A DNA stretch of 45,030 nucleotides from an uncultured archaeon (GTDB lineage Archaea > Altiarchaeota > Altiarchaeia > IMC4 > SCGC-AAA252-I15), in the NCBI GenBank assembly GCA_902384455.1, contig CABMCB010000100.1:1-45030 (forward strand), given 5' to 3'. Positions 36,157 to 44,449 of this stretch are shown here, piece by piece (within the stretch, counting starts at the first letter, position 1; each line of letters starts with the position of its first letter). The notes below the pieces were generated by a model, which saw only the letters and a list, made by a program, of their open reading frames with translations, did no database searches and had not been told where the DNA came from. Made by a program: the position numbers and the translations under genes.

Positions 36157-36972
36157 ATGACTGACTTACGCGAAACATTAGACCATTGTCCAGAATGCAT
36201 GTCCGTTGGAGAACCAACTGACAATCGACATCAACCATGGTGTTCAAAACGTGCCACGAAGATTATGCGCTGCCCTCAATGCAAGAAAGAAGGGGAAAGC
36301 AACCGCGAAGATACTGAACTAACCTGTGCATTCTGTGGCTATCAATGGTCACTAACTATTCCACAGAATATTCCTGTGCCTCACCCCTCCGGGTGTTCCT
36401 CAGCGTCCGAACACTTCGACCACTTCTTGTTTCTCGACTTCGAAACAACGGGGGACCCTGACCAAAAGCCGCTAGAAGTTGGTTGGATGCTCACTGACCG
36501 GTTCCTTGAGCCATTGATGGAATGTCAATCTAGAGTCATTCGTCAAGACCGACTCAACATGAACGACAAGATTCTCAAGATGCACACTAAGAATGGACTA
36601 CTTGACGAAGTAGTAGACTCTGTATTGAGTACTTCACTCGTGGAAAACATCATCTGTGATAGCATTCAGCCAATTGCTAGAGACAAGACTGCTCGTATCA
36701 TCATAGCAGGATTCACTGTTCACTTTGACCGTGATATCATTCACCGCGACATGCCACAATTGGATAGCTGGCTCCACTATCGCCACTTTGATGTATCAAC
36801 ATTACGTGCCGCCTATCACCATTGGGTCGAGAAGATTCCAAGCAAACGGGACCAACATCCCCATCGAGTGAAGGCGGACGTCTTAGCAAGTTGGGAGATT
36901 GCTAGGACCTTCAAACGAATGTTCGAGCATCACATGCCCAAAGGGCTCCTTGACCAAGGGGTGATATTGTGA
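36157..36972 (+). CDS. Oligoribonuclease (Orn)-like DEDDh exonuclease with N-terminal Zn ribbons
   Basis: FLDFETTG, MHTKNGLL, AGFTVHFDR, LHYRHFDVSTL, HRVKAD. Confidence 0.87.
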   Translation: MTDLRETLDHCPECMSVGEPTDNRHQPWCSKRATKIMRCPQCKKEGESNREDTELTCAFCGYQWSLTIPQNIPVPHPSGCSSASEHFDHFLFLDFETTGDPDQKPLEVGWMLTDRFLEPLMECQSRVIRQDRLNMNDKILKMHTKNGLLDEVVDSVLSTSLVENIICDSIQPIARDKTARIIIAGFTVHFDRDIIHRDMPQLDSWLHYRHFDVSTLRAAYHHWVEKIPSKRDQHPHRVKADVLASWEIARTFKRMFEHHMPKGLLDQGVIL

Positions 36973-37334
36973 TTCGCTTCCACGTTGTCACAGTAACTCG
37001 AAAGAGCTCAGCCGAGGTTCGAACGGTGCGTTACACCTATCCCGAAGGTGGAGAACGAAAGAGTGTTACCGTTCAAAACTCTGAATGGGAAGAAGTTGAG
37101 TTCCGCACTGAACTTGAAGAGAAACCGGTCATTCAGATTGGCAATGTTGCTGCCGATTGCATCCTCATTGGTGAGCCTATCAAGCTCATCATCAACAACC
37201 CTGACTTGTTCGGAACCTACAAGACGGGGGACATCATTGACTTCACACCGCTACCGCGGACAACAACAGTGATTCCTAGAACTGAAAACCATGATGGTTC
37301 TGGCGTGCCAGGTTACGAGCCAAAGGCCAACTAA
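36969..37334 (+). CDS. Hypothetical protein, paralog of 37626-38003
   Basis: EPIKLIINNPDLFGTYKTGDII. Confidence 0.7.
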   Translation: MIRFHVVTVTRKSSAEVRTVRYTYPEGGERKSVTVQNSEWEEVEFRTELEEKPVIQIGNVAADCILIGEPIKLIINNPDLFGTYKTGDIIDFTPLPRTTTVIPRTENHDGSGVPGYEPKAN

Positions 37335-37558
37335 TGGACCCTGTTAGGAAAGAACGGCTCATCAGAGAACTACAATGCATCATTGACACTGATGAGCCTC
37401 CAGGAATGGCCGCGCGCGACCTTGCTCGTTCGGTCGTCTCACTAGTTCAAGACAGGTCTGGCGGGTGTGCCATTGACCTATCAGTCGAGATTGATAATCT
37501 CGCAAGAAAGTATCCAAGACATGGTTCTCCAACCATTCCTCAACGTCCCGGACAGTAA
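37334..37558 (+). CDS. Hypothetical protein
   Basis: TAATG-coupled. Confidence 0.55.
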   Translation: MDPVRKERLIRELQCIIDTDEPPGMAARDLARSVVSLVQDRSGGCAIDLSVEIDNLARKYPRHGSPTIPQRPGQ

Positions 37559-37625
37559 TCTTCTGCCCCTCCAGGGTGCCTCCGTGTCGCTTAGACAGGC
37601 ATGGAGGTCCTTGGAGGGGGCCTGT

Positions 37626-38003
37626 ATGAAAGATGATACCATGATAAAACTCAAAGTTGCCATAGTTAGCAGAAAGACTTCAAGCATTCACCGCACTGTC
37701 AAAGGTGGAGTAGCATCCCCTGGCGCAGTATGGGAAAGCGTTGAACTAATGAACATTGAAGAGCTTGTTCCACTTGAAGAATCAATTCAAGTTGCCAACG
37801 TTTCAGGCAAAGTCTTCTTGTGCAACGAACCTGTGAAACTAATGATAAACGACCCGGCATTGTTTGGAACCTTCAAGGCAGGGGATATCGTTACACTACG
37901 GGTTATAGCCCGAACATGTGAGAAATGTGGACTTCCACGAGTAGAAATTGTTACCAATAACGACCCACGTTGCCAATGTACTGAATACCGCTCGAATGCA
38001 TGA
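37626..38003 (+). CDS. Hypothetical protein, paralog of 36969-37334
   Basis: EPVKLMINDPALFGTFKAGDIV; C-terminal CEKC. Confidence 0.7.
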   Translation: MKDDTMIKLKVAIVSRKTSSIHRTVKGGVASPGAVWESVELMNIEELVPLEESIQVANVSGKVFLCNEPVKLMINDPALFGTFKAGDIVTLRVIARTCEKCGLPRVEIVTNNDPRCQCTEYRSNA

Positions 38004-38188
38004 CTATTCCACGGAATATCCAAGCTGACCGTCTCATCCCTTGTCCAGTATGTAATGCTGCACAAGGTAAAGGATGTAAACCTACCGGTAGACCCAAAGA
38101 TGAGTTGAAGAAAAGTCATTCACACTTCGGCAGACGACTAAAACGAATACTCACACTGGGAATCCTACCAGAGGAGAAGTTTCAATGA
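38000..38188 (+). CDS. Small Zn-finger protein
   Basis: CPVC...C...H..R. Confidence 0.6.
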   Translation: MTIPRNIQADRLIPCPVCNAAQGKGCKPTGRPKDELKKSHSHFGRRLKRILTLGILPEEKFQ

Positions 38189-38294
38189 AGTATGCGACAT
38201 TCTTCGCGCCAAACCTTATGATGGCTATCAGCTTCATAGCGTTAGGCGTGTTCGTTGTTACTGGACTGCGTAGCAAGAACGAAAGGGTCTCTCG

Positions 38295-39794
38295 ATGACA
38301 CCAGAACAGTATGCCGCAAACTTTGGCGTTGATATTCCTCAAGTACCAATGCCCTCCGGTTACCGTCGTGCAACTGCGAAAGAGATTACCAAACCGGTTC
38401 TATCTTTTGCACGCATTGCACTTCAACATGCAACTCCTATTGGTAAACAGCAGGTAACGACTGTTACTCAACCAACAGGGAAGCATCAACAAGTCATGGC
38501 ACTCACTGAAGTGCACTATGACAATCACCCTCCGCGACCTTCCGAAGGATATAAAGCGGCAGAAGGTCCGCCGTTCCTACATCCTGGCATCTCAATGCTT
38601 GTTCCCAAACAGCAAGCAATCAATCCTTATCGCACACAGATGCCTGGACTTCCCGAAAGTCACAATGAGTTTGCGGGCTTTGGTGCAGAACTAGAAGGAC
38701 TGCGGCCAAACGAAGAAACAATCTATCGCACAACACTCTGGGCGCCAACCACTCAATCAGAAACAATCGCTCAACAAGCGCTCCAAAGTGTCAAACCTGA
38801 CGCAATTCTTGAGGTTGCTCATCTCCTCAATGAACAAGGTGACCAAACCCATGCTGCTGCACTCTTTCACCGTGCACTATCATTCCATAGAATAAATTAC
38901 ACTTCTCCAGTTTCTACCGGGTTTGGCGTTGAATGGGGCTTCGGCATTGACTATGCTGCCGTACAACAGAAACTAAACGCCCTAGGCGCGAAACCACAGC
39001 TTGCAACCGACGGTAAATGGGGACCAATGAGCAAAGCTGCATTGGTTGCCTATCAAAAGTCTAAGGGCCTAGCTGCCGACGGCATACCGGGACCAATCAC
39101 ACTCGGTTCTCTAGGTCTAGGTGCAACCGTTGCTAACCAAACTAGCGTAGCGTTACCAACCACGTCTAACGTGCCGCCAGGTGAGCTTCCAGACAGAGCT
39201 ACTCCACTAACGCCCACACAAGCAGTACAAGCATTGAAAGATGGCTACGCTCTAGTCACTGGCAAAGCTCCTACACCTGAGATATTAGACTTGCTCGTCG
39301 GGCAAACTGCCCTCGAAACTGGCAACTGGCAACACGGTATCCACAATTACAACTTCGGTAACAAGAAGTATTCAGGTGGCGACCGTAATTGGCAATTCTT
39401 CCGTTGCTCCGAGATTGTCAACGGCAAAGAAGTCTTCTACGACCCACCAAGCCCAGTGTGTAAATTCGCCGCCTACGGTTCTGCTGCCGAAGGTGCCGCG
39501 GCTTACATTCGTTCACTACAATCACGAGCCCATTGGTGGAACGGACTTCTAACGGGCACTCCAGAAGGCTTCGTTCAAGGGTTGACTACTGCGCCTAAAT
39601 ACTTCACAGCCAATCCAACCCTATATACCAAAGTGCTCAAAGAACGGGCAGGGAACTACCTCACACTCGCTCAACAGTTGGCAACACAACACGTTGCCGC
39701 TGCAACTGGGATTGGAATCGGCACCATTGGTCTTATTGCCTTGGGGATATTCCTGCTTAGGAAACCATTGGGGCTCGTGAAGGTGGCAGCATGA
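38295..39794 (+). CDS. Virion-associated peptidoglycan hydrolase (PG-binding plus glucosaminidase/GH73-like domain, C-terminal TM)
   Basis: VQQKLNALG...DGKWGP...DGIPGP; QTALETG...NYNFGNKK...YFTA; C-terminal hydrophobic anchor. Confidence 0.8.
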   Translation: MTPEQYAANFGVDIPQVPMPSGYRRATAKEITKPVLSFARIALQHATPIGKQQVTTVTQPTGKHQQVMALTEVHYDNHPPRPSEGYKAAEGPPFLHPGISMLVPKQQAINPYRTQMPGLPESHNEFAGFGAELEGLRPNEETIYRTTLWAPTTQSETIAQQALQSVKPDAILEVAHLLNEQGDQTHAAALFHRALSFHRINYTSPVSTGFGVEWGFGIDYAAVQQKLNALGAKPQLATDGKWGPMSKAALVAYQKSKGLAADGIPGPITLGSLGLGATVANQTSVALPTTSNVPPGELPDRATPLTPTQAVQALKDGYALVTGKAPTPEILDLLVGQTALETGNWQHGIHNYNFGNKKYSGGDRNWQFFRCSEIVNGKEVFYDPPSPVCKFAAYGSAAEGAAAYIRSLQSRAHWWNGLLTGTPEGFVQGLTTAPKYFTANPTLYTKVLKERAGNYLTLAQQLATQHVAAATGIGIGTIGLIALGIFLLRKPLGLVKVAA

Positions 39795-39822
39795 ACTACT
39801 TTATACCAACTAGGGTAGGCAA

Positions 39823-40341
39823 ATGAACTTTGCAGCAATCCCACTATGGGCAAAGCTGAGTGGCGTTGGTGTAGCAGCGCTAGGCCTTCTCTGGCTTGTC
39901 AAACGGACGGGGGGACACCTACTACCAGCGCCACCAGTAAACCCACGGCTCAGTGTTGTACAAGCTGCATTGAGTCAAGTAGGTTCTAACGATAGTGCCA
40001 AGTACTGGGCCGACGTCATACCAGGCACCAACATGGGTAAAGCTAGCTGGTGTGGAGGCTTTGCACTTTGGGCACTACACCAAGCAGGTCTCGCACGCAA
40101 TTGGTTTTGGCAACTAGGCAAAAGGTTTCTCTTTCAACTGCCAATGACGAAAAGTCCGCAACCAGGGGATATCGCCTACTTCAATAACTACCAACATCAT
40201 GCGGTTGTCGGGGCAATCATTGACCCTGTAACCGTACAGCTCATCAATGGTAACGGTACGGGTGGCAAAGTATCAGTTAGCACCACACCCATGCATTCAG
40301 TGACGGCCTTCTACTCAATTGAGCCATTACTACACGCCTAA
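39823..40341 (+). CDS. CHAP/NlpC-P60-like amidase with N-terminal membrane anchor
   Basis: SWCGGF (Cys), PQPGDIAY, HHAVV (His), INGN. Confidence 0.78.
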   Translation: MNFAAIPLWAKLSGVGVAALGLLWLVKRTGGHLLPAPPVNPRLSVVQAALSQVGSNDSAKYWADVIPGTNMGKASWCGGFALWALHQAGLARNWFWQLGKRFLFQLPMTKSPQPGDIAYFNNYQHHAVVGAIIDPVTVQLINGNGTGGKVSVSTTPMHSVTAFYSIEPLLHA

Positions 40342-40388
40342 CTATTCGGACGCCTAGGAACGCCCGAAGGGGCGCTTGGAATACAACG

Positions 40389-40640
40389 ATGAAACATCCG
40401 GAAAGCGCTAACAAGCTCGTCATTGAGATGAGAAAACTCATTGAAGTAATTAAGCAGCACGATTGGGCTATCAAAGTGCCAGAACTTGACAACCAAACCG
40501 TGCTCAGAACAGGCGATGTTCTTGGAGCGCTAGAAGTCTTCACCTTTGCCAACTTCAATGAAGGGCAACAATCAGTCATATTCAGCCGCGCACGAACTGT
40601 AACTGAACCAACAGAAAAAGAGCCGGAAACACAACGATGA
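40389..40640 (+). CDS. Hypothetical protein
   Basis: Follows box H; ATGA-coupled downstream. Confidence 0.6.
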   Translation: MKHPESANKLVIEMRKLIEVIKQHDWAIKVPELDNQTVLRTGDVLGALEVFTFANFNEGQQSVIFSRARTVTEPTEKEPETQR

Positions 40641-41167
40641 CTCTAGACCCTGATGTCAGACAGTACCTCGACGACTTCCGTCAAGCGGTTGAACATCGCT
40701 TTGCACTCTACGAAAAGGAACTTAGCCAATACCGTCGCCAACTTCCAAGTGTTGCCCTTGCCGAACATGCTAGTGAAACCGCTGAAACCGCATACATTGG
40801 CGTTGGAGAACTACGGGCAATGTTTGCCAACGAGCAAAAAGCGGTACGTGAACTCTTCCAAAATGAATTCGTAGAACTACGCAAGCAACAACGCAACACC
40901 ATAGCCGCCCAAAACAACCGCACACGGCTTTGGGTTGCAGCGTTCGGCGCAATGGCACTCATAATAACAGGTGCCTATGGTCTCATTGACCGTTGGGCAA
41001 GTGCTAACGCTCGTGAACAGATGCGAACCGTTTGCGGTCAAGAGATTGAAAAGCGGGACATAGGGCACGATGAACGTGACCGACGAATCATTGACGAGGC
41101 AGTAAGAACTACGTTACAACAACGTGAGCTTCAAGGAGATGTTATCTGGGGCTCACATCAACGATAA
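40637..41167 (+). CDS. Coiled-coil protein with one TM segment
   Basis: LWVAAFGAMALIITGAYGLI. Confidence 0.65.
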   Translation: MTLDPDVRQYLDDFRQAVEHRFALYEKELSQYRRQLPSVALAEHASETAETAYIGVGELRAMFANEQKAVRELFQNEFVELRKQQRNTIAAQNNRTRLWVAAFGAMALIITGAYGLIDRWASANAREQMRTVCGQEIEKRDIGHDERDRRIIDEAVRTTLQQRELQGDVIWGSHQR

Positions 41168-41175
41168 GGATACCA

Positions 41176-41364
41176 ATGTCCATACTCACTATAATTACAG
41201 ATACTGTGCAAACGGGCGCTATAGGATACCTAATCGGAGCGCACATTGCACAACGCAAAACATTCAAAGCCCTCGTGAAGATACACAGAAACCCGAAGCA
41301 TTGGAAAAGTGATGATTCGGACTCTGGACATGTTCACATTCTGGAACAAGGGGATGACAACTAA
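41176..41364 (+). CDS. Small hypothetical protein
   Basis: AAGGATACCA-ATG start. Confidence 0.5.
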   Translation: MSILTIITDTVQTGAIGYLIGAHIAQRKTFKALVKIHRNPKHWKSDDSDSGHVHILEQGDDN

Positions 41365-41635
41365 GCCACATTGGCAGCAACCATGGGAAAAGAGACATCG
41401 AACAGTCCGCGTTATCTGTGTTGCCTGCCTGAAAACATCACACATAACACTTTACGGTCTAACCAATGAATACAGAGACATGGTTGGACTTGAGAAGTGT
41501 GCTCACTGTGGAGAAGTCGGCAAACTGTCAACCAGTGACCTAGCAAAGACTCGAGCCAAACGAGATACCACGTTACAGATAACATTCGACTGGGACGCTG
41601 AGGAACGCCCGAAGGGGCGGGAGAAAAAGGGATGA
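41309..41635 (+). CDS. Zn-ribbon protein
   Basis: CVAC...CAHC; ends across a box H copy; start uncertain. Confidence 0.55.
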   Translation: MMIRTLDMFTFWNKGMTTKPHWQQPWEKRHRTVRVICVACLKTSHITLYGLTNEYRDMVGLEKCAHCGEVGKLSTSDLAKTRAKRDTTLQITFDWDAEERPKGREKKG

Positions 41636-41841
41636 GAGTTTTCATTGTTATAGATGGTCAACCGGTACACGGCGAGATAATCCAATGCTTGTTCTGCAAT
41701 AGGGACGTCCTTATCCAAGATTGCGGTCAAGTGACACACACAATACCACTATGTCGTGACTTTCAAACGCTACGACTAGCAGCTACGTTCAGAATGATGC
41801 TAGCTGACCCAGAAAAACCTTACGCTCCAATGATGAGCTAG
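41632..41841 (+). CDS. Small Cys/His protein
   Basis: CLFC...HTIPLC; pattern similar to 42740-42922. Confidence 0.55.
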   Translation: MRVFIVIDGQPVHGEIIQCLFCNRDVLIQDCGQVTHTIPLCRDFQTLRLAATFRMMLADPEKPYAPMMS

Positions 41842-41986
41842 CTATTCCACGGAATAACATGAAGTGGATTGATAAACTGATACTAGATACCGAAAAGAGT
41901 GTGGGCGGCTTCGGGCCAATGTTTCTACTTGTGGTAATATGGACCTGCAGCTGTCTTGAACTCATGAAATGGATGGGAATAATACC

Positions 41987-42607
41987 ATGACTCTTCAAAT
42001 ACAACCTGCATTCAATGGCGCCCGTGGTGTTGACACGATTCTCACGTTCAATGCTGAACGCGCCAAAACTATCAAACAAGCGGGCTTCAACTTCGTTGTT
42101 CGTTACCTAGGCAGCCTAACGAAGAATGAACGGGACATAATCACTGGCGAAGGTCTTGGCCTACTCGCTGTTACCTACTCACGACGAGCCGGCTGGATTC
42201 CAAGTGCTGACCTTGGTACCGCCGACGGAGCCCACGCAGTAATCAATGCGGACAACGCCGGTTTACTACCAGGAATGTCACTATACATTGACATTGAAGG
42301 GCCTAGCGTGCACGGTGATTGTATAAGCTACATCAATAACTGTGCAAGCAAGATGCAATCAGCTGACTTCAGAGCGGGTATGTACGTTGGCTGGGGGATA
42401 CCGCTCAACTCATACCAACTTTACCATGCCCTTAGAGTAACAGGGTACTGGCACTCAGTCTCATGGGAACCGCCAGTTGATGTTCGCGGCTACCAGATGA
42501 CGCAAGAATATCCACCAAACCAACACGTTGCCGGGTTACAAGTGGATAAGAATCACATTGAAACTGACGGGCGAGGGGATACGCCACACTGGTTGATTGA
42601 TGTGTGA
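41987..42607 (+). CDS. DUF1906/GH25-like glycoside hydrolase (putative endolysin)
   Basis: GVDT, GFNFVVRYL, LYIDIE, AGMYVG, VDKN. Confidence 0.8.
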   Translation: MTLQIQPAFNGARGVDTILTFNAERAKTIKQAGFNFVVRYLGSLTKNERDIITGEGLGLLAVTYSRRAGWIPSADLGTADGAHAVINADNAGLLPGMSLYIDIEGPSVHGDCISYINNCASKMQSADFRAGMYVGWGIPLNSYQLYHALRVTGYWHSVSWEPPVDVRGYQMTQEYPPNQHVAGLQVDKNHIETDGRGDTPHWLIDV

Positions 42608-42739
42608 TGGAAACCCAGATACCACATACACTCAATCATCACAAGTGTGAACTGTGTGACTTTGACAACTGTGACTGCCCACACTGTATTCACATAAAAC
42701 GTATGCGCACTGACCCCCAGATAAAACTTTGGTGGAACA

Positions 42740-42922
42740 ATGAAAACGTTGCAAGTGAACCCCCAGTGGACCAAAGGTAACTGTCCCGGTTGTGGGTTGA
42801 CCATCTACATTGATGATGTCAACAAGAGAACCATGCATCAAGACCCACTTTGCACCTGGTACACAGACTTTTGCTCCAAAGCTAAGTGTGAAGGTAAAGT
42901 AGAACTCATAGAACACACATAA
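42740..42922 (+). CDS. Small Cys/His protein
   Basis: CPGC...HQDPLC. Confidence 0.5.
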   Translation: MKTLQVNPQWTKGNCPGCGLTIYIDDVNKRTMHQDPLCTWYTDFCSKAKCEGKVELIEHT

Positions 42923-42953
42923 TCATCAACCTGTATTCCATGGAATAAAACCA

Positions 42954-44108
42954 ATGAAGTGCCGCTCATACATCAAACACCCTAGGTTCCGCAAAAACAT
43001 AACCTCTTCACAGTTCACACCTAAACAACTAGCGGCATTCTACGGATTCCCGCCCAATACTACAGGTATTGGTAAGAAAGTTGCCGTTATCGAACTTGGC
43101 GGCGCCTACAACCAAGGTGACCTTGATACGTACTTCAAGAGCCTAGGCCTAACTGTAAAGCCTGTTGTGTTCCACTCTATCGACGGAGGGCAGAACACTT
43201 CAGACGGACCTGATGGCGCCGACGGTGAAGTCATGCTCGACCTCTGTGTCATTGGTGCAATGGCGCCAGGTGTTGAGATGCATTGCTACACAGCACCCAA
43301 CACTGACCAAGGATTCCTTGACGCCATAAACCAAGCAATCACCGACAAGATGGATTGTATCAGTATCTCATGGGGCGCACCCGAAGACCAATGGAGCGGT
43401 CCCATCGTTACTGCATTCAATGCTGCCTTTCAAAAGGCTGGTGCTGCGGGTATCACGGTCACTGTTGCTGCTGGTGACAATGGTTCTACCGATGGCGAGA
43501 TTGGAAACCATGTTGACTTCCCAGCAAGCTCGCCCTTCGTCCTTGCTTGTGGAGGTACCAGTGTTCTAAGCGTTTCACCTGTGAATGAAGTTGTTTGGAA
43601 CGACGGAAGCGCTGGCGGTGCAACAGGTGGCGGTGTTAGCGGTGTACTAGGCTTACCCACGTGGCAATCAAAAGCAAACGTGCCTGGAGGTAGAGCTAGA
43701 GGAGTACCAGACGTAGCCGGCAATGCAGACCCAAACACTGGTTGGATTATCATGATTGACGGGCAACAATACGTCATTGGCGGTACCAGTGCCGTTGCTC
43801 CAATGTGGGCCGCTCTAGCCGCCTGCCTAAGTCAGGTTGTTGGTAACGTTGGATTCCTGAATCCCTTCCTGTATAACCAAGGGGGTTGGGCACGTGACAT
43901 CGTCTCAGGAAACAATGGGACTTACACTTCACGCGTGGGTTGGGACGCATGTACTGGCAATGGCGTTCCAATTGGAACCAAATTGCTTGCAATGCTACAA
44001 CCAACAGTACCACCCACGCCACCTACGCCACCCACACCGCCCAAACCAACACAACACACCATTGTTGTCACTGGCTCTATCACAGTTGACGGCAAACCCG
44101 TCACATAA
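42954..44108 (+). CDS. S53 (sedolisin/kumamolisin) peptidase, catalytic domain only
   Basis: DGEVMLD (ExxxD), SISWG, AAGDNG, RGVPDVAG, GGTSAVAP, GWDACTGNG; PT-rich tail. Confidence 0.92.
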   Translation: MKCRSYIKHPRFRKNITSSQFTPKQLAAFYGFPPNTTGIGKKVAVIELGGAYNQGDLDTYFKSLGLTVKPVVFHSIDGGQNTSDGPDGADGEVMLDLCVIGAMAPGVEMHCYTAPNTDQGFLDAINQAITDKMDCISISWGAPEDQWSGPIVTAFNAAFQKAGAAGITVTVAAGDNGSTDGEIGNHVDFPASSPFVLACGGTSVLSVSPVNEVVWNDGSAGGATGGGVSGVLGLPTWQSKANVPGGRARGVPDVAGNADPNTGWIIMIDGQQYVIGGTSAVAPMWAALAACLSQVVGNVGFLNPFLYNQGGWARDIVSGNNGTYTSRVGWDACTGNGVPIGTKLLAMLQPTVPPTPPTPPTPPKPTQHTIVVTGSITVDGKPVT

Positions 44109-44233
44109 CATTAACCCGGTACCTCTGGCCTGCGAGCTAGGGGCTAAGTCGTACGCGCTAGGCAAGCAAGAGTCTCCCCCCCGACTCTGGGCTCCCCGAA
44201 AGTATAGAGCCGGAACTTTCTCAAGAGTGACCA

Positions 44234-44449
44234 ATGAGGATAACTAACAAGGTGACACGCGTCGAACAATGTACCTGTGACCACACTGATTGCTCAGAAG
44301 TCAAAGATGTTGACCACAACATGGTCGCGCCAAAGGACTGGACGCAAATATCAGACCTCCTAGGAGCAAAAAACTACCACTTGTGTCCAGTGTGTTGGAA
44401 GAAACTACTGGAATTCTTCAAGAATCCAAAGGCGAAGGAGAAAGTATAA
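44234..44449 (+). CDS. Small Zn-finger protein
   Basis: CDHTDC...LCPVC. Confidence 0.6.
   Translation: MRITNKVTRVEQCTCDHTDCSEVKDVDHNMVAPKDWTQISDLLGAKNYHLCPVCWKKLLEFFKNPKAKEKV

Larger units (their letters stand above)
4347..41619. repeat. Second dispersed ~30-bp repeat (box H): GGACGC-YKA-GGAA followed by a 5-bp stem with GNAG loop, 7 copies
   Basis: Copies at 4347-4377(-), 5797-5830(-), 8677-8705(-), 9065-9097(+), 36382-36411(-), 40343-40374(+), 41593-41619(+). Confidence 0.85.

Noticed and set aside
36382-41619. Box H as a hammerhead ribozyme (CTGAGGA followed by a stem)
   Set aside because: Only two copies have CTGANGA and neither has GAAA after the stem; the one copy with GAAA (8677) lacks CTGA.
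19380-44234. Minus-strand ORFs in the right arm (e.g. 19380-19781, 29772-30182, 33972-34427, 43430-43777)
   Set aside because: They are antisense to clearly coding plus-strand genes.
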